DNA from: Octopus vulgaris
Taxonomy: Eukaryota
NCBI GenBank assembly: GCA_951406725.2
Contig: OX597829.1
Coordinates: 27,466,001 to 27,530,000, forward strand
Direction of reading: 5' to 3'
DNA: 64,000 nt
Position 1 is the stretch's first letter; each line of letters begins with the position of its first letter. Both the position numbers and the translations under genes were made by a program. The notes under the pieces were generated by a model that ran no database searches, was not told the origin of the DNA, and was given only the letters and a program-made list of their open reading frames with translations. Positions 37,604 to 50,886 of this stretch are shown here, piece by piece.

Positions 37604-38150
37604 TGCGTGTGTGTATGTGTGCGTGTGTGCGTATGTGCGTGTGTGCATGTGTGCGTGCGCGCGCGTGTGTGTGTACGTATACATATCTATACAGATAGCT
37701 ATATGTGTTTGAGTATATGTTAGTATACATATGTGTGTACGCACGAGGCAATGACTAATAGTATTTTAATTAAGTTCAGGCGTGTTTCAGTATTATTAAA
37801 ACCTCAGTTTAAGCAAAACCTTTACCATACTTGTCAAAGTAAACTAATTGGGGAATAAAACCCCACTGATTGGCATAGAAAAATCCATTTGTTTATTAAT
37901 CCAATATCTCAGAGACCTCATCTGCATGAAAAAATAGCAAAGATGATGTTAACATATTTAGTCCTGTAAACATTTAAAACCTAATCAAAAATAATTATTA
38001 GAGTATTAAGAACTAAATTTTTTCTAATCCTCAGCTATTGACCGTAAGTATAATGTTCAAACCCATTTTTCTTTCCTTTTTCATAAAAATTTTTTTTACT
38101 TTTTGTAAAAATTCACCTAAATCGATTCTACATTATTTTTTGCTTATCTT

Positions 38151-38750
38151 ATTTCTTTACTGCCCACAAGGGGCTATACACAGAGGGAACAAACAAGGAC
38201 AGTCAAATGGATTAAGTCGATTACATCGACCACAGTGCGTGAACTGGTACTTATTTAATCGACCCCGAAAGGATGAAAGGCAAAGTCGATCTCGGCGCAA
38301 TTTGAACTCAGAACGTGACGGCAGACGAAATACCTATTTCTTAACTACCCACAAGGGGCTAAACACAGAGAGGACAAACAAGGACAGTCAAATGGATTAA
38401 GTCGATTACATCGACCACAGTGCGTGAACTGGTACTTATTTAATCGACCCCGAAAGGATGAAAGGCAAAGTCGATCTCGGCGCAATTTGAACTCAGAACG
38501 TGACGGCAGACGAAATACCTATTTCTTAACTACCCACAAGGGGCTAAACACAGAGAGGACAGACAAGGACAGACAAACGGATTAAGTTGATCATATCGAC
38601 CCCAGTGCGTAACTGGTACTTATTTAATCGACCCCGAAAGGATGAAAGGCAAAGTCGACCTCGGCGGAATTTGAACTCAGAACGTAGCGGCAGACGAAAT
38701 ACCGCTAAGCATTTCGCCCGGCGTACTAGCGTTTCTGCCAGCTCATCGCC
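38151..38750 (-). mobile_element. S2 SINE with triplicated 185-bp 3' unit
   Basis: Unit starts at ~38151, 38336 and 38521. A single head lies at 38750. TSD ttttgcttatctta on both sides. Confidence 0.9.
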
Positions 38751-38948
38751 TTTTGCTTATCTTATGTATCGCATGGAATACATAGAACATACTTCTTGAA
38801 GTCTATGCATCATATATGACACACATTACCAATTTATATTCAGCCACAAGAGAAAATATATGAAACAAAAGCTAACAAGCATGGACGTTTAGGAGAAACA
38901 TGAAAATTCTTTGGTCAGGAAAAGGGTTAACGGTATATCTTCGGTAAC

Positions 38949-39182
38949 CAAGGCGGCGAGCTGGCAGAATCGTTAGCACGTCGGGCGAAATGCTTAGCGG
39001 TATTTCGGCTGCCGTTACGTTGTGAGTTCAAATTCCGCCGAGGTCGACTTTGCCTTTCATCCTTTCGGGATCGATAAATTAAGTACCAGTTACGCACTGG
39101 GGTCGATGTAATCGACTTAATACCTATGTCTGTCCTTGTTTGTCCCCTCTGTGTTTAGCCCCTTGTGGGTAATAAAGAAATA
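38949..39182 (+). mobile_element. Full-length S2 SINE (tRNA-like head, Meta-like core, Tx1-like tail)
   Basis: ggcggcgagctggcagaatcg...gagttcaaattcc...gcctttcatcctttcgggatcgataaa...gccccttgtgggtaataaagaaata. 17-bp TSD ggtatatcttcggtaac. Confidence 0.92.
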
Positions 39183-40029
39183 GGTATATCTTCGGTAACT
39201 GAAATTATTATGCAATTGAACTTTAGTATTCAATTAACCGATTCCTCATAGTAGACTATAAACTGCGACATTTCATTATATTGTCAGTAAAATATTGCTA
39301 CATATATGTATGAATTTATATAATAAAAGCAGTATAAAAATGGAGTTTTATGTACAGTACTGATATTTTTTTTTATCTTCTCCCATCGACATGAAAATCC
39401 CTTTTTCCCTTTAATTTTTTTTCTTTCCTCTTTCATTCTTTCAGTTACAGTGTAACAGATTTTTTTGTCATTTGGTTGGCAACTGTTATTTCCTATTTGC
39501 TTACCCCTAGAAAGCATGAAAAACGGCTAATATTTTCTTTAAAGTTTGCTTTAGTTACATTTATTCAAACCCCAACGAATCCTTCTCAACACATGGCTAT
39601 GATACACCTCCACTACTTCTGCTCGTGATCAGAGATGCACATATTGTCGGCCACTAAGGAACATGCTCAACTGGTTAAGGTCAAGCAACTGACAAGCAAA
39701 CCTATGGTATTGAGCAGAATATTTGCTATAATGATATTTCTGTTTCAGAAACCCAAAACTAGATCTATCTAAAATGTAATGGAAAATAGGTAAATTTCAA
39801 AACATTGATGTTCAGATGACAAAAGCAAATTTTGAGGGGAATAGTAGTCATTCCCTTTGATTTCTACATGGAAGCAAGTAGGATATAACACTTACTGACC
39901 AAAGACAAAAAGAAATAAAAAATTTATTACATGGTGTTATCCAAGATAAAAACAAGGTTAGTAAATTTCGAGAACGACTATCCAGTTATTTTCTTAATTA
40001 TTCCATATCTTAATTTCTTAATTATTCCA

Positions 40030-40202
40030 CAGGCGGAGGAGTGGCTGTGTGGTAAGTAGCTTGCTTACCAACCACATGGTTCCGGGTTCAGTCCCACTGC
40101 GTGGCACCTTGGGCAAGTGTCTTCTATTGTGGCCTCGGGCCGACCAAAGCCTTATGAGTGGATTTGGTAGACAGAAACTGAAAGAAGCCAGTCGTATATA
40201 TG

Positions 40203-40234
<32 letters not shown>

Positions 40235-40405
40235 AGTTTGTATGTCTGTGTTTGTCCCCCCAACATCGCTTGACAGCCGATGTGTTTATGTCCCTGTCAC
40301 TTAGGCTTACAAAGAACAAGTCCCGGGGTCGAGTTGCTCGATTAAAAGGCGGTACTCCAGCATGGCCGCAGTCAAAATGACTGAAACAAGTAAGAGAGTA
40401 AAGAG
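40030..40405 (+). mobile_element. S1 SINE
   Basis: ggagtggctgtgtggtaag head, ggttcagtccc B box, gtggcaccttgggcaagtg core, (GAGTAAA)n-like tail. Confidence 0.9.
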
Positions 40406-41317
40406 TATATCATAAAGGAAAATGTTGAAAGGAAAACCTGACCTCGTCATAATTTCGACTTAGATTGTAAACAGCCGGAACAAATACCATAAGGCTTTTC
40501 TTCCCCCGATGCGCTAACGATTATGTCAACTTGCTTCGAAAGTGTTACTCCAAACACTTGTTTTTTGGGGTTTTTTTAATTCTGCAGCTCACAGCCGTAA
40601 TTTGACACAAAGCCAACAATTTTACGTGTTCAGTTGGTACTTATTTCATCGACACTGTCCGAAAGAATGAATGACAAAGCCGACCGCAGCTACATTTAAA
40701 CTCAGAGCGTAAAGCCAGAAGAAATGTTGCTAAGATTGCTCACGATTTTGTCGTCTTGTCGCCTTTAGTGTAATCATTTATGTAAACATCAGCGTCCATT
40801 CGTCACTTGATTCAAACAATCTTTTTACTAATTTCATCTACAATGACTGGTTTATTTATTTATCGATGATATTATTCACACAATTAAAAATAAGATAGTG
40901 TTACACCGGAATCTCAACATCGATAGTCTTTAATTCATAGAAATGTTTGCAATAATTTAGATCGATGTCTCTATTGATATTGGTTTATCGGTTGTTCGTA
41001 AACACGAAATTGTGCCTAGTCATTTTAGCTCATGAAAACAAAAGCATCCAGAATCATCTTATTCATATCAAGTCATATCAAATGTTCATTTTATGCTTCA
41101 TTTCTCCATTTTCCTTTTTTTTTACAGAAAATGATAATAAATTGGTGGAAAAAGATCATGCAGTTAACCGAAGTAATTGATTCTTTTTTGCATACGCTAT
41201 CAACCAACGGATTTTAGAGATTTGAAGCGAAACTGTTCTGTATTTTTACAAAGTTATGTAAATAACAAAACTATTCAACTGTCTAGTTCGCAGTTAAGCA
41301 GCACCAGTTGTAATAAT

Positions 41318-41495
41318 CTGGCAGAAACGTTAGCACGCTGGGCGAAATACTTAGCGGTGTTTTGTCTGCCGCTACGTTCTGAGTTCAAGTTCCGCCGAGG
41401 TCGACTTTGCCTTTCATCCTTTCGGGGCCGAAAAATTAAGTACCAATTGCGTACCCCCAAAATTTCAGGCCTTGTGCCTAGAGGAGAAAAGAATA
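41318..41495 (+). mobile_element. S2-related SINE with alternative tail
   Basis: Same head and core as 38949, but the 3' end is aaaatttcaggccttgtgcctag. Confidence 0.75.
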
Positions 41496-41678
41496 ATGCT
41501 ACAGCTCGCGCCCGTATGGCTATGAGGTTTATGGCTAAGAACAATGAAAGATGAAAGTGGAATTAAGTGAAAAAAAGTTATAAATTACCTTCTAAGTAAA
41601 ATGTTTTGCCCCGGATCTCCAGTCTCTCTACCATAATCAAAGATAAATCTGATTTCGATTTCATATTTATTCATCACG

Positions 41679-41970
41679 GAGGCGCAATGGCCCAGTGGTT
41701 AGGGCAGCGGACTGGCGATCGGAGGATCGCGGTTTCTATTCACAGACCGGGCGTTGTGTGTTTATTGAGTAAAAACACCTAAAGCTCTACGAGGCTCCAG
41801 CAGCGGGTGGTGGCAACCCCTTTTGTACGCTTTCGCCCCAGCTTTCTCTCACACTTTCTTCCTGTTTCTTGGATAACGCTGCGATGGACTGGTCCAGCTG
41901 GGGGGAACACATACGCTACAGAAACCGGGAAGCCGGGCTAGGCTTGAAAAAGGGCGCATAAATAAATAAT
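41679..41970 (+). mobile_element. S3-type SINE
   Basis: ggaggcgcaatggcccagtggttagggcagcgg head. Confidence 0.8.
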
Positions 41971-42369
41971 TTATTTATCACAAGTCTTTTCATTTTTTAC
42001 TTTTATTTTATCATCGAAAGTAACTGAAGACATTCGTGATATTACTGTGATCGATCGTGTGGCTGGGACGTTAGATAGCCAAGCATCCTGACACTTCGGC
42101 TAGACGAAACACCAAAGAAATCAAACAGTTTGTACTTAGTGATTCAGCTTCTCTGAACAGCTCAAATGCCTTAAGTTGGGAAAAGTAATATACAAATAAT
42201 TCTGCACGACAACTTCTGTATCTTATTGTTCAACCTCAGACGGTCTGTCCAGTTATTTGATATGTAGTTTATCGGAATCAGCAGTGTTATTAGAAATGAA
42301 TAAAGAAGCATAATAAACAATGTATGTGAATGTCTTAATTACTACGAAGCAATGGACAACTAAAACCGT

Positions 42370-42690
42370 CCAAAGCCTTGTAAGTGGATTTCGTACACGG
42401 AAACTGAAAGAAGAGCGTCGTATATATATGTATATCTGTGTGTGTGTGTGTGTGTGTGTGTGTCAAAGTGTGTGTGTGTGTGTGTGTGTCTGAGTGTGTG
42501 TGCTTGTATCGCCACCATTGCTTGACAACCGATGTTGCTGTGTTTACGTTCCCATAATTTAGCGGTTCGGCAAAAGACACTGATAGAATAAGTATTAGGT
42601 TTACAAAGAATAAATCCTGTGGTGATTTCTTCGACCAAATGCGGTGCTCCAGCATGGCCGCAGTTACATGACTGAAACAAGTAAAACAAT
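42370..42690 (+). mobile_element. 5'-truncated S1 SINE
   Basis: Matches the S1 body and tail. Confidence 0.8.
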
Positions 42691-42759
42691 AAAAAAAACT
42701 ATGCCATGTTATTCCCGAGCAAAGCCGGGTTTCTCTGCTAGTGCATATATATATATATC

Positions 42760-43068
42760 ATCGTGATCACCGTGAGTGACCAGGCTATCAGATGTTGCTA
42801 CACATCGCTGGTCACAATGCGCTTCGCGTTGTTTTAGCCTTCAAATGACGCCACCCCGCTGGCTAAGCGAACAGGCCAACAGAATAAAGAGTGAGAGAAA
42901 GTTGTGGCGAAAGAGTACAGCAGGGATCGCCAACACCCCCCAATGCCGGAGCTTCGTGGAGCTTTAGGTGTTTTCGTTCAATAAACACTCACAACGCCCG
43001 GTCTGGAAATCGAAACCGTGATCCTACGACCGCGAGTCCACTGCCCTAACCACTGGGCCATTGCGCCT
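42760..43068 (-). mobile_element. S3 SINE
   Basis: Near-identical to 6620-6913. Confidence 0.88.
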
Positions 43069-43114
43069 CACACACACACACACGCACACACACACACACA
43101 CACATATATGAGTG

Positions 43115-44757
43115 TAGGACAAAAGCCCCTCAGTTAAAGTGTAAAAGTGGACAAAAGCCCCACGGTTATATTTTTTGATTATTTTTTCGTTTTTTTCAAC
43201 CTTTAGTTGTTACAGTCTTTAGACTGCGGCCATGATGGGGCACCATCTTGAAGAAGTTTTGGTCGAATGTAATGACCACAGAATTTTTAAATAATTGTCA
43301 ACCAGCACATGAAGTTAAGCCTAGAAGGTATCTCCACATGCTAGAAATAACAGCCAAATGTCTTGAAATTTTTTTATAACACCCTCGGTTTAATTTATTT
43401 TCTAAAAATCTTTTTACTTGTTTCAGACATTGGACTGCGGCCATGCTGGGGCACCTGCTTGAAGAAATTTTGGCTGCAGAAAAATCAGCATTTTAAAATA
43501 TACATTTAAAGTCTTTTGGGTTTTTTTTTTCTCTCAGCACTTACAGATTAATGAGAACAAGTTGACCTTTTGAACTTTCTCCGGTCGTTGAAGATCTAAC
43601 AGCCATTCAAACATAACTTCTTATCGTTTGCCTAAATAGGGAAATGGGTGTTTCTCCATAAAAATGACAAATTTTGGTTTTTGTGAAGAAAAGACATGTC
43701 AGAGACGTGTAATATTTACTTTCATTTTATCTGTGTATATACATAGTCATTCAAACATACTTCTTATCGTTGTTATCTTTCTACACAATTCTTGAAGTAA
43801 ATGCTTTCCCTTTAGTTAGAACTCTGACAATATGTAAATTGAGTAGCAAAGTCTTGCATTCTGTTATTCTATTATTAATGTTAAGGTTGATTTATTTTCA
43901 TTTTCAAACTTTAAATTTATTCCAAAAACGAGGGAAATAATTGAAACACGGAACATACCATTGTGAGGGACATAGATATTTTGACACCGTTTTTCGATTG
44001 AATATATTTTGTTTATTTAAAAATTGGAATTTTGGAAAATAATTTTTTTTTTTACATCCGTGATTTCCGTTTCTGTTTACGTGAAATTATATTTAAAAAT
44101 TGTAAGATTTGGCTGTTATTTCTAGCATGCGGAGAGACCTTTATGTGCTGGTTTAAAATAATCTAAAAAGGATTCTGGGTCGATACATTTGACTAAAAAT
44201 TCCTCAAGACGCTGCCCCAGCATGGCCGCAGTCCAGTGACTGAAACAAGTAAAAAGATTTTTAGAAAATTAAAAAAAACGATGAATAGCTAAAAAAAGTA
44301 TAACCGATGTGGGTGGGGTATAAAGAAATTTCAAGGGATTTGGCTGTTATTTCTAGCATATCGAGATACCTTCTAGGCTTAACTTCATTCACTGGTTGAA
44401 AATCATCTAAAAAAATTCTGGGGTCGATACAATCGACTAAAATTTCCTCAAGGTAGTGCCCCAGCATGGCCGCAGGCTAATGACTGCAAGAAATGAAAAG
44501 TAAAACAAAAATGAATTATATCACAGAAGTAGTTTTGATCAAGCCCAAAAACATTTCTGGGTCCCATACATCCATCTAGAAATTCTTCAAGGTGGTGCCC
44601 CAGCATGGCCGGCCGCAGCCTAATAACTGCAACAAGTAAAACAAAATTCTGGGGTCAATACATTAAACTAAAAATTCTCAAAACGAAAAAATAACCGAAA
44701 AATATAACCGTGGGGCTTTTGTCCTGGCGTGCTTTTGTCCTTGGGGGCTTTTTCCTA
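43115..44757. mobile_element. Foldback-type DNA element with long imperfect inverted arms containing SINE pieces
   Basis: Left taggacaaaagcccc...ggacaaaagccccacggttatattttt pairs with right aaaaatataaccgtggggcttttgtcc...ccta. Inner arm 43311-43358 inverts 44338-44387. Confidence 0.65.
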
Positions 44758-44823
44758 GGTGTGTGTATATATATATATATATATACACATCTAGGAAAAA
44801 GCCCCCAGTGACAAAAGCACGCC

Positions 44824-44872
<49 letters not shown>

Positions 44873-45010
44873 CCTGGCGTGCTTATATATATATATATAT
44901 ACCGGAGTAAACACATAAATGTGAAACAAGGTGGAAAAAAAGAGTACTCAAATACCAGTGGTAGAGTAATATGCTTTATTTTGTTGAATGTTCTGCTGCT
45001 TTAAATAAAG

Positions 45011-45045
<35 letters not shown>

Positions 45046-45046
<1 letters not shown>

Positions 45047-45336
45047 GAGGCGCAATGGCCTAGTGGTTAGGGCAGCGGACTCGCGGTCGTAGGATCGCGG
45101 TTTCGATTCCCAGACCGGGCGTTGTGAGTGTTTATTGAGCGAAAACACCTAAAAGCTCCACAATGCTCCGGCAGGGGTGGTGATCCCTGCTGTACTCTTT
45201 CACCACTCTTTCTCTCACTCTTCTGTTGGCCTGCTCGCTTAGCCAGCGGGGTGGCGTCATTCGAAGGCTAAAACAATGCGAACGCATTGTGACCAGCGAT
45301 GTATAAAACATCTGATGGTCTGGTCGGTCACGTGAT

Positions 45337-45343
<7 letters not shown>
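45046..45343 (+). mobile_element. S3 SINE
   Basis: Full head, ends in cacgtgat repeats and (TA)n. Confidence 0.9.
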
Positions 45344-45385
<42 letters not shown>

Positions 45386-45879
45386 AGATGTACCCACCGT
45401 GAACTGTCGGGTCATAACCACTCCAAGTTGAAAATGTCGATGTGTGGCAGGAAAGGAAAAAATACTATTTCAAAAATTTCTTAAATAATCTTTTCTACTC
45501 TGGGAACAAGGCACGAAATTTTGGGGGTGAGGTTGTTGATTAGATCGACCCAGCACGTAACTGGTAGTTAATTTATTGACCCCAAAAGGATGAAAGGCAA
45601 ACTCGACCTCGGTGGAATTTGAACTCAGACCGTAAAGACAGATGAAATACCACGAAGCACTTCGCCTTAAAATTCTTAAATAATACAGTTCTCCTAGCTT
45701 TGGTGTGACAACATAAGCACGATCAAGTATTTCTATTTTTGAAAACGTTCAAATGGCCTTCAACTTTTTTACTCGCTTTCTTCTTTGCCATTCTTTGTTA
45801 TACATGGGTACTTTAGCATAAAGTAATGTTTTTGCAAAATCATCATTGATGCACATTGAAGAGAATTCTGTCAATGTTG

Positions 45880-46300
45880 TTCTCATATGTCATTCATTGA
45901 CAACCATATATATTCTCATTATTTCTGAGCAATATTCTCTGTTCATCTGGTAGATAAACTTGCAGTCTCACTATTGCAGGTGCTCTTTCATGAATTGAAA
46001 ATCTTTAAATGGATGCAACTGCTTTAGAAGGTTCAATATACCTACCCATAAGATATTGACTAATTGTGTTATCATTGTTTATTTGAACAGCAGCTTGGTC
46101 ATTTCCTTTCAACGTGTACTTAATGACATACTTAATTGACCTCACTGAGGCAATGATTTCAATGTTGCAGTGACATCTGAACGCTCTTAAAAGAGTTTCA
46201 TTATAAGGTACAACCCATTTGTTGTTGTTTGTTTTTCCATTCTTATGAGATTCAACTTCTCCCATTGAAACTGATCTTCATCTATAAAGAGGTAGTCCTC
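45880..46300 (-). pseudogene. Helitron RepHel coding remnant
   Basis: NKWVVPYNETLLRAFRCHCNIEIIASVRSIKYVIKYTLKGND...YLMGRYI, continuing RFSIHERAPAIVRLQVYLPDEQ. This is the conserved Rep-helicase linker region. Confidence 0.85.
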
Positions 46301-46833
46301 TGTCTGTTTTTCTACCATTTGATTAAGATGATAAAGAGTAATATTTTATTTTAAATAAAATAGTAATTTTCCCCTTTATGAGAAAAAAAAATCAAGTACC
46401 CATGATTCAAAAAATGTCTAAAAAATATCGGGAGAATTTCTATCTTTTGATCCACGGGACACGAAAGTTGTATCAATGATTAAGGGAAGAAAAATCAAAG
46501 TGAGGAAAAAAGAAGTACGGTGGTAGCTGCGGCAACTCTTTGAAGTGTCGACATTTTTAATTTCATTTTTTTCTTTTTTTCTTAAAGGGGAAAATGACTA
46601 TTTTATTTGTAATCTTTATCATCTCAATCAAATGGCCGGAAAACAACCTTTGAGTTTTAATGTGTGTGTGTGTGTGTAATATTTTGAACTAATGGGTATA
46701 TGTCGATTAGCGTGTTGAAGTGTTGAGTAGAGCACTGGCACAGGTTGGACTACCTGGTGTCATCTCCAGTCGAGGTATATTTCCGTTGGAGCTACTTCAA
46801 GAACTCCGGGCTATTTCGTACTTAAGAGGGTTA

Positions 46834-47062
<229 letters not shown>

Positions 47063-47564
47063 TTTTACATTCGTTCTTGGTTATTCGTGGGTCAAAGGGG
47101 CATGCAACGTGAACTACATAGCATATGTGATGCACCATGCCCACCACCACTAGGTCCGGTTTGTTATGCTCTATAGTAACCTGATATGTTTAGATTAGGA
47201 AATCCCAGAGGATCTTGATAGTCTCTGACTCTGCCACTCTATGCAGTTTGTTCTCATATCACGTCTTGCCTCACTCTAGCCCCAACTTTTTGCACAGTTT
47301 CCATTATTATTATTATCATCATCATCATCATCATCATCATCATATCATTATTGTATGCATTCGATCGAATCTCCTGCGAGTTAACATGTGATCCCTTGAC
47401 GACAGTGTAAACTCCATTTGATTAAGGTATCTTTGGTCCGTCGAGCAGCTAGCGGATTACTTCTCGTTTGGGTAATTACTATTTCCGAGGTTCTGCTAGC
47501 TATGAAACATATGTAGTCTGGATTTTATCTACTCCATTCCCTAATTTTGGATTTTTATTCGCAT

Positions 47565-47975
47565 AGGCGCAGGAGTGGCTGTGTGGTAAGCAGCTTGCTT
47601 ACCAACCACATGGTTCCGGGTTCAGTCCCACTGCGTGGCACCTTGGGCAAGTGTCTTCTGCTATAGCCCCGGGCCGACCAATGCCTTGTGAGTGGATTTG
47701 GTAGACGGAAACTGAAAGAAGCCTGTCGTATATATGTATATGTATATATGTGTGTGTCTTTGTGTGTCTGTGTTTGTCCCCCCAACATAGCTTGACAACC
47801 GATGCTGGTGTGTTTATGTCCCCGTCACTTAGCGGTTTGGCAAAAGAGACCGATAGAATAAGTACTGGGCTTACAAAGAATAAGTCCCGGGGTCGATTTG
47901 CTCGTCTAAAGGCGGTGCTCCAGCATGGCCGCAGTCAAATGACTGAAACAAGTAAAAGAGTAAAGAGTAAAGAGT
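47565..47975 (+). mobile_element. Full-length S1 SINE
   Basis: Head aggcgcaggagtggctgtgtggtaag, internal (TA/TG)n, tail (AGAGTAA)n. Confidence 0.92.
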
Positions 47976-48009
47976 ATACACACCAACACCAGCTGCTAAC
48001 CGTGAATTA

Positions 48010-48414
48010 TAGGAGTGACTGTGTAGTAAGTAGCTTGCTTACGAACAACATGGTTCCGGGTTCAGTCCCACTGCGTAGCACCTTCTACTATAGCCTCGGG
48101 CCGATCAAAGCTTTGTGAGTGGATTTGGTAGACGGAAACTGAAAGAAGCCTGTTGTATATATGTGTGTATATATACATACATGCGTGTGTGTTTATATGT
48201 TTGTGTGTCTGTATTTGTCCCCCCCCCCAACATCGCTTGACAACCGATGCTGGTGTGTTTATGTCCCTGTAGCTTAGCAGTTCGGCAAAAGAGACCGATA
48301 GAATTAGTACTAGGCTTACAAAGTATAAGTCCTGGGGTCGATTTGCTCGACTAAAGGCGGTGCTCCAGTATGGCCACATTCAAATGACTGAAACAAGTAA
48401 AAGAGTAAAAGAGT
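48010..48414 (+). mobile_element. S1 SINE, adjacent copy
   Basis: Second copy directly downstream of 47565-47975. Confidence 0.9.
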
Positions 48415-48914
48415 AACCTTCTGCATCAATAAAGCACTATTGTTCCTGAAAGTTATTTTTTTTATACCTTCTTCGGACTACTCGAAGCTTACTAATTTCC
48501 TACACCTTGATCCTTGGATCTTACCTTTACATATATAGATATATAATTTCTAAGGTAAATATTTTCCCCCAGATCTCCAATCCCCCTACCACCTCCACTG
48601 TATTATTTAGAATATACAAGAGAACAAAAGAATCCGTTACTGAAAAGCCCTGTATAATGACAATTACTTCTAACCCAGGGATAAAGGATAAATCTATCGG
48701 ACCTATTCCAACTATCTCAAGATAATCCCATGGGTTTCAGGGCTGAAGCTAAGAAGATGGTTAAATCAGACTAGGATGAAACCATCTGCCACAGATTTAA
48801 CAATCCCAGATATTATTCATCCTGCAGTTGAGTGTTTCTTTTGTCGCACATCATTTGGCATGGAACTGATTGTTTTCTTTAGAAGAGCTATTATCTCAAG
48901 TTGTGGTAATTGTA

Positions 48915-49481
48915 TTGGGTTGTCCGGAAAGTTCATGCCGATTTTTGAAGGAAAGAAAAAGGTCAATAAATACTTGCCATTATATTTTTAATCAACCAAA
49001 TATGAACCATTTTGTTTCACAATGCGTCTCCATCTTTCCTTGAACTTGAAAATACCCTCTTCCCAGAACTGAGGTGGTTTCATGGCAAAGAGTTCATCAA
49101 GGTATTTTTTTACGTCATCCAAGGAATTGAAATTTTTACCATTAAGACTATTCTGCAGAGACCTGAATAAGTGGAAATCCGAAGGAGCAATATCTGGTGA
49201 ATATGGAGGGTGAGGTAACACATCCCAGCCGAACTGCAGCAATTTTTCTCTGGTTCCCAAAGCATCAAATGCTGAAAATGAACTTTCTTATCTTCCATTT
49301 TAAAGGGTAACAGAATTAACGCAGGTTATAGGAACATAAACCTTCTTCCACGAAAAGATAGCTTAAACTGTGCTCTAAATTGACGTGTAGTCAAATCCTA
49401 TTTTATGGACTCAACCATGTTCTAAAATAAGTCGAAAGGTAAAGCTCCTATAAATCGGCACGAACTTTCCAGACAACCCAA
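48915..49481 (-). mobile_element. Internally deleted mariner transposon
   Basis: 30-bp TIRs ttgggttgtccggaaagttcatgccgattt / aaatcggcacgaactttccagacaacccaa, with TA on both sides. N-terminus MEDKKVHFQHLML is joined to a C-terminal LPHPPYSPDIAPSDFHLFRSLQN segment. Confidence 0.95.
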
Positions 49482-50342
49482 TAATTTGATTCTATCTTCT
49501 TTAAAGTTTAACTCTAATATTGGCTAAAGTTTTTTCTGAATTAATTTTCAAAATATTTCTCCGCTGGCGACAATTTGTACAAACTTGCTTTCCCTCTACG
49601 ACGATACCATTATCATTAACAGTAACCACGCTAATTCACAGTGTGTAATCAACAATCAAGTACTTTGCGTCTTAGAAGGGACCTGACCTCACAGCAAGAG
49701 CACGGTGACCAGCCATCTATTACCAATAATAAAATGGTAGATAAGCTACGAGACATCTAAACATGCAGTCGTAAAATCATTGAATTACGTGCCGTTTACT
49801 GAGGTGTCATATCTTTTTATTGAGGTTTAGAATAGATTAAATCATATGTAAAAATGTGTCAGGGGGCACTGAAGAACCATTATGCAACCTTTCAGTTTTC
49901 AAGTATGAATAGTGCAACAACTCTATCAAAATACATATGACAGCTGCAGGAGAAACACACAATTAAAATTTCATGGCCGATTTTATTCACAGTATCAAGT
50001 ACTTTCCGTAGTTTCTGTTGAGAGGAAAATTTTCAATTGTTAACTAAATGTAAATAGAAACAGTTCAGACGTTGACTGAAGCAGTGGACACTTTTTAACA
50101 GGAAATTCACTGTTAAGATCCAAATGCTGACGTCTTTTATTTTTAATTCTATGAGCCATTGGACTGCAGACATGCTGGGGGTACCGCCTTGAAGGATTCA
50201 ACCGGGTAAATTGTTCTCAGTCCGTATTTTAAAGTCTGGTGCTTATTCTATCGGTATCTTTTGCTACACTAGTGAGCTAGTGGATGTAAACAAACCACGA
50301 ACTCAAACACACACACACACACACACACATACACACACACAT

Positions 50343-50404
<62 letters not shown>

Positions 50405-50610
50405 GCACACACACACGCACAGACACACACATTGGATCACTGAACTGAACACGTTTTTTTTTTCATTCTCTCTCTGTTTATTTCCTCTGTCGAAGAGCGT
50501 AGGCTCAAATCGTAAAAGACTTTTCCATTTTCCCCGAGCATCAAACTATTACATTTGCTTGTTGTTCCTCCTACACCCGTTTTCAGCTTTGTTTTTCTAT
50601 AAATTTGAAC

Positions 50611-50749
<139 letters not shown>

Positions 50750-50831
50750 TTACTTGTTTCAGTCATTTGGCTGCGGCTATGCTGGAACACCGCCTTTAGT
50801 CGACCAAATCGACCTCAGGACTGATTCTATC

Positions 50832-50886
<55 letters not shown>

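Noticed and set aside
45046-45120. Functional tRNA genes at SINE heads
   Set aside because: The tRNA-like heads run into multi-copy SINE bodies and lack a proper acceptor stem and terminator.
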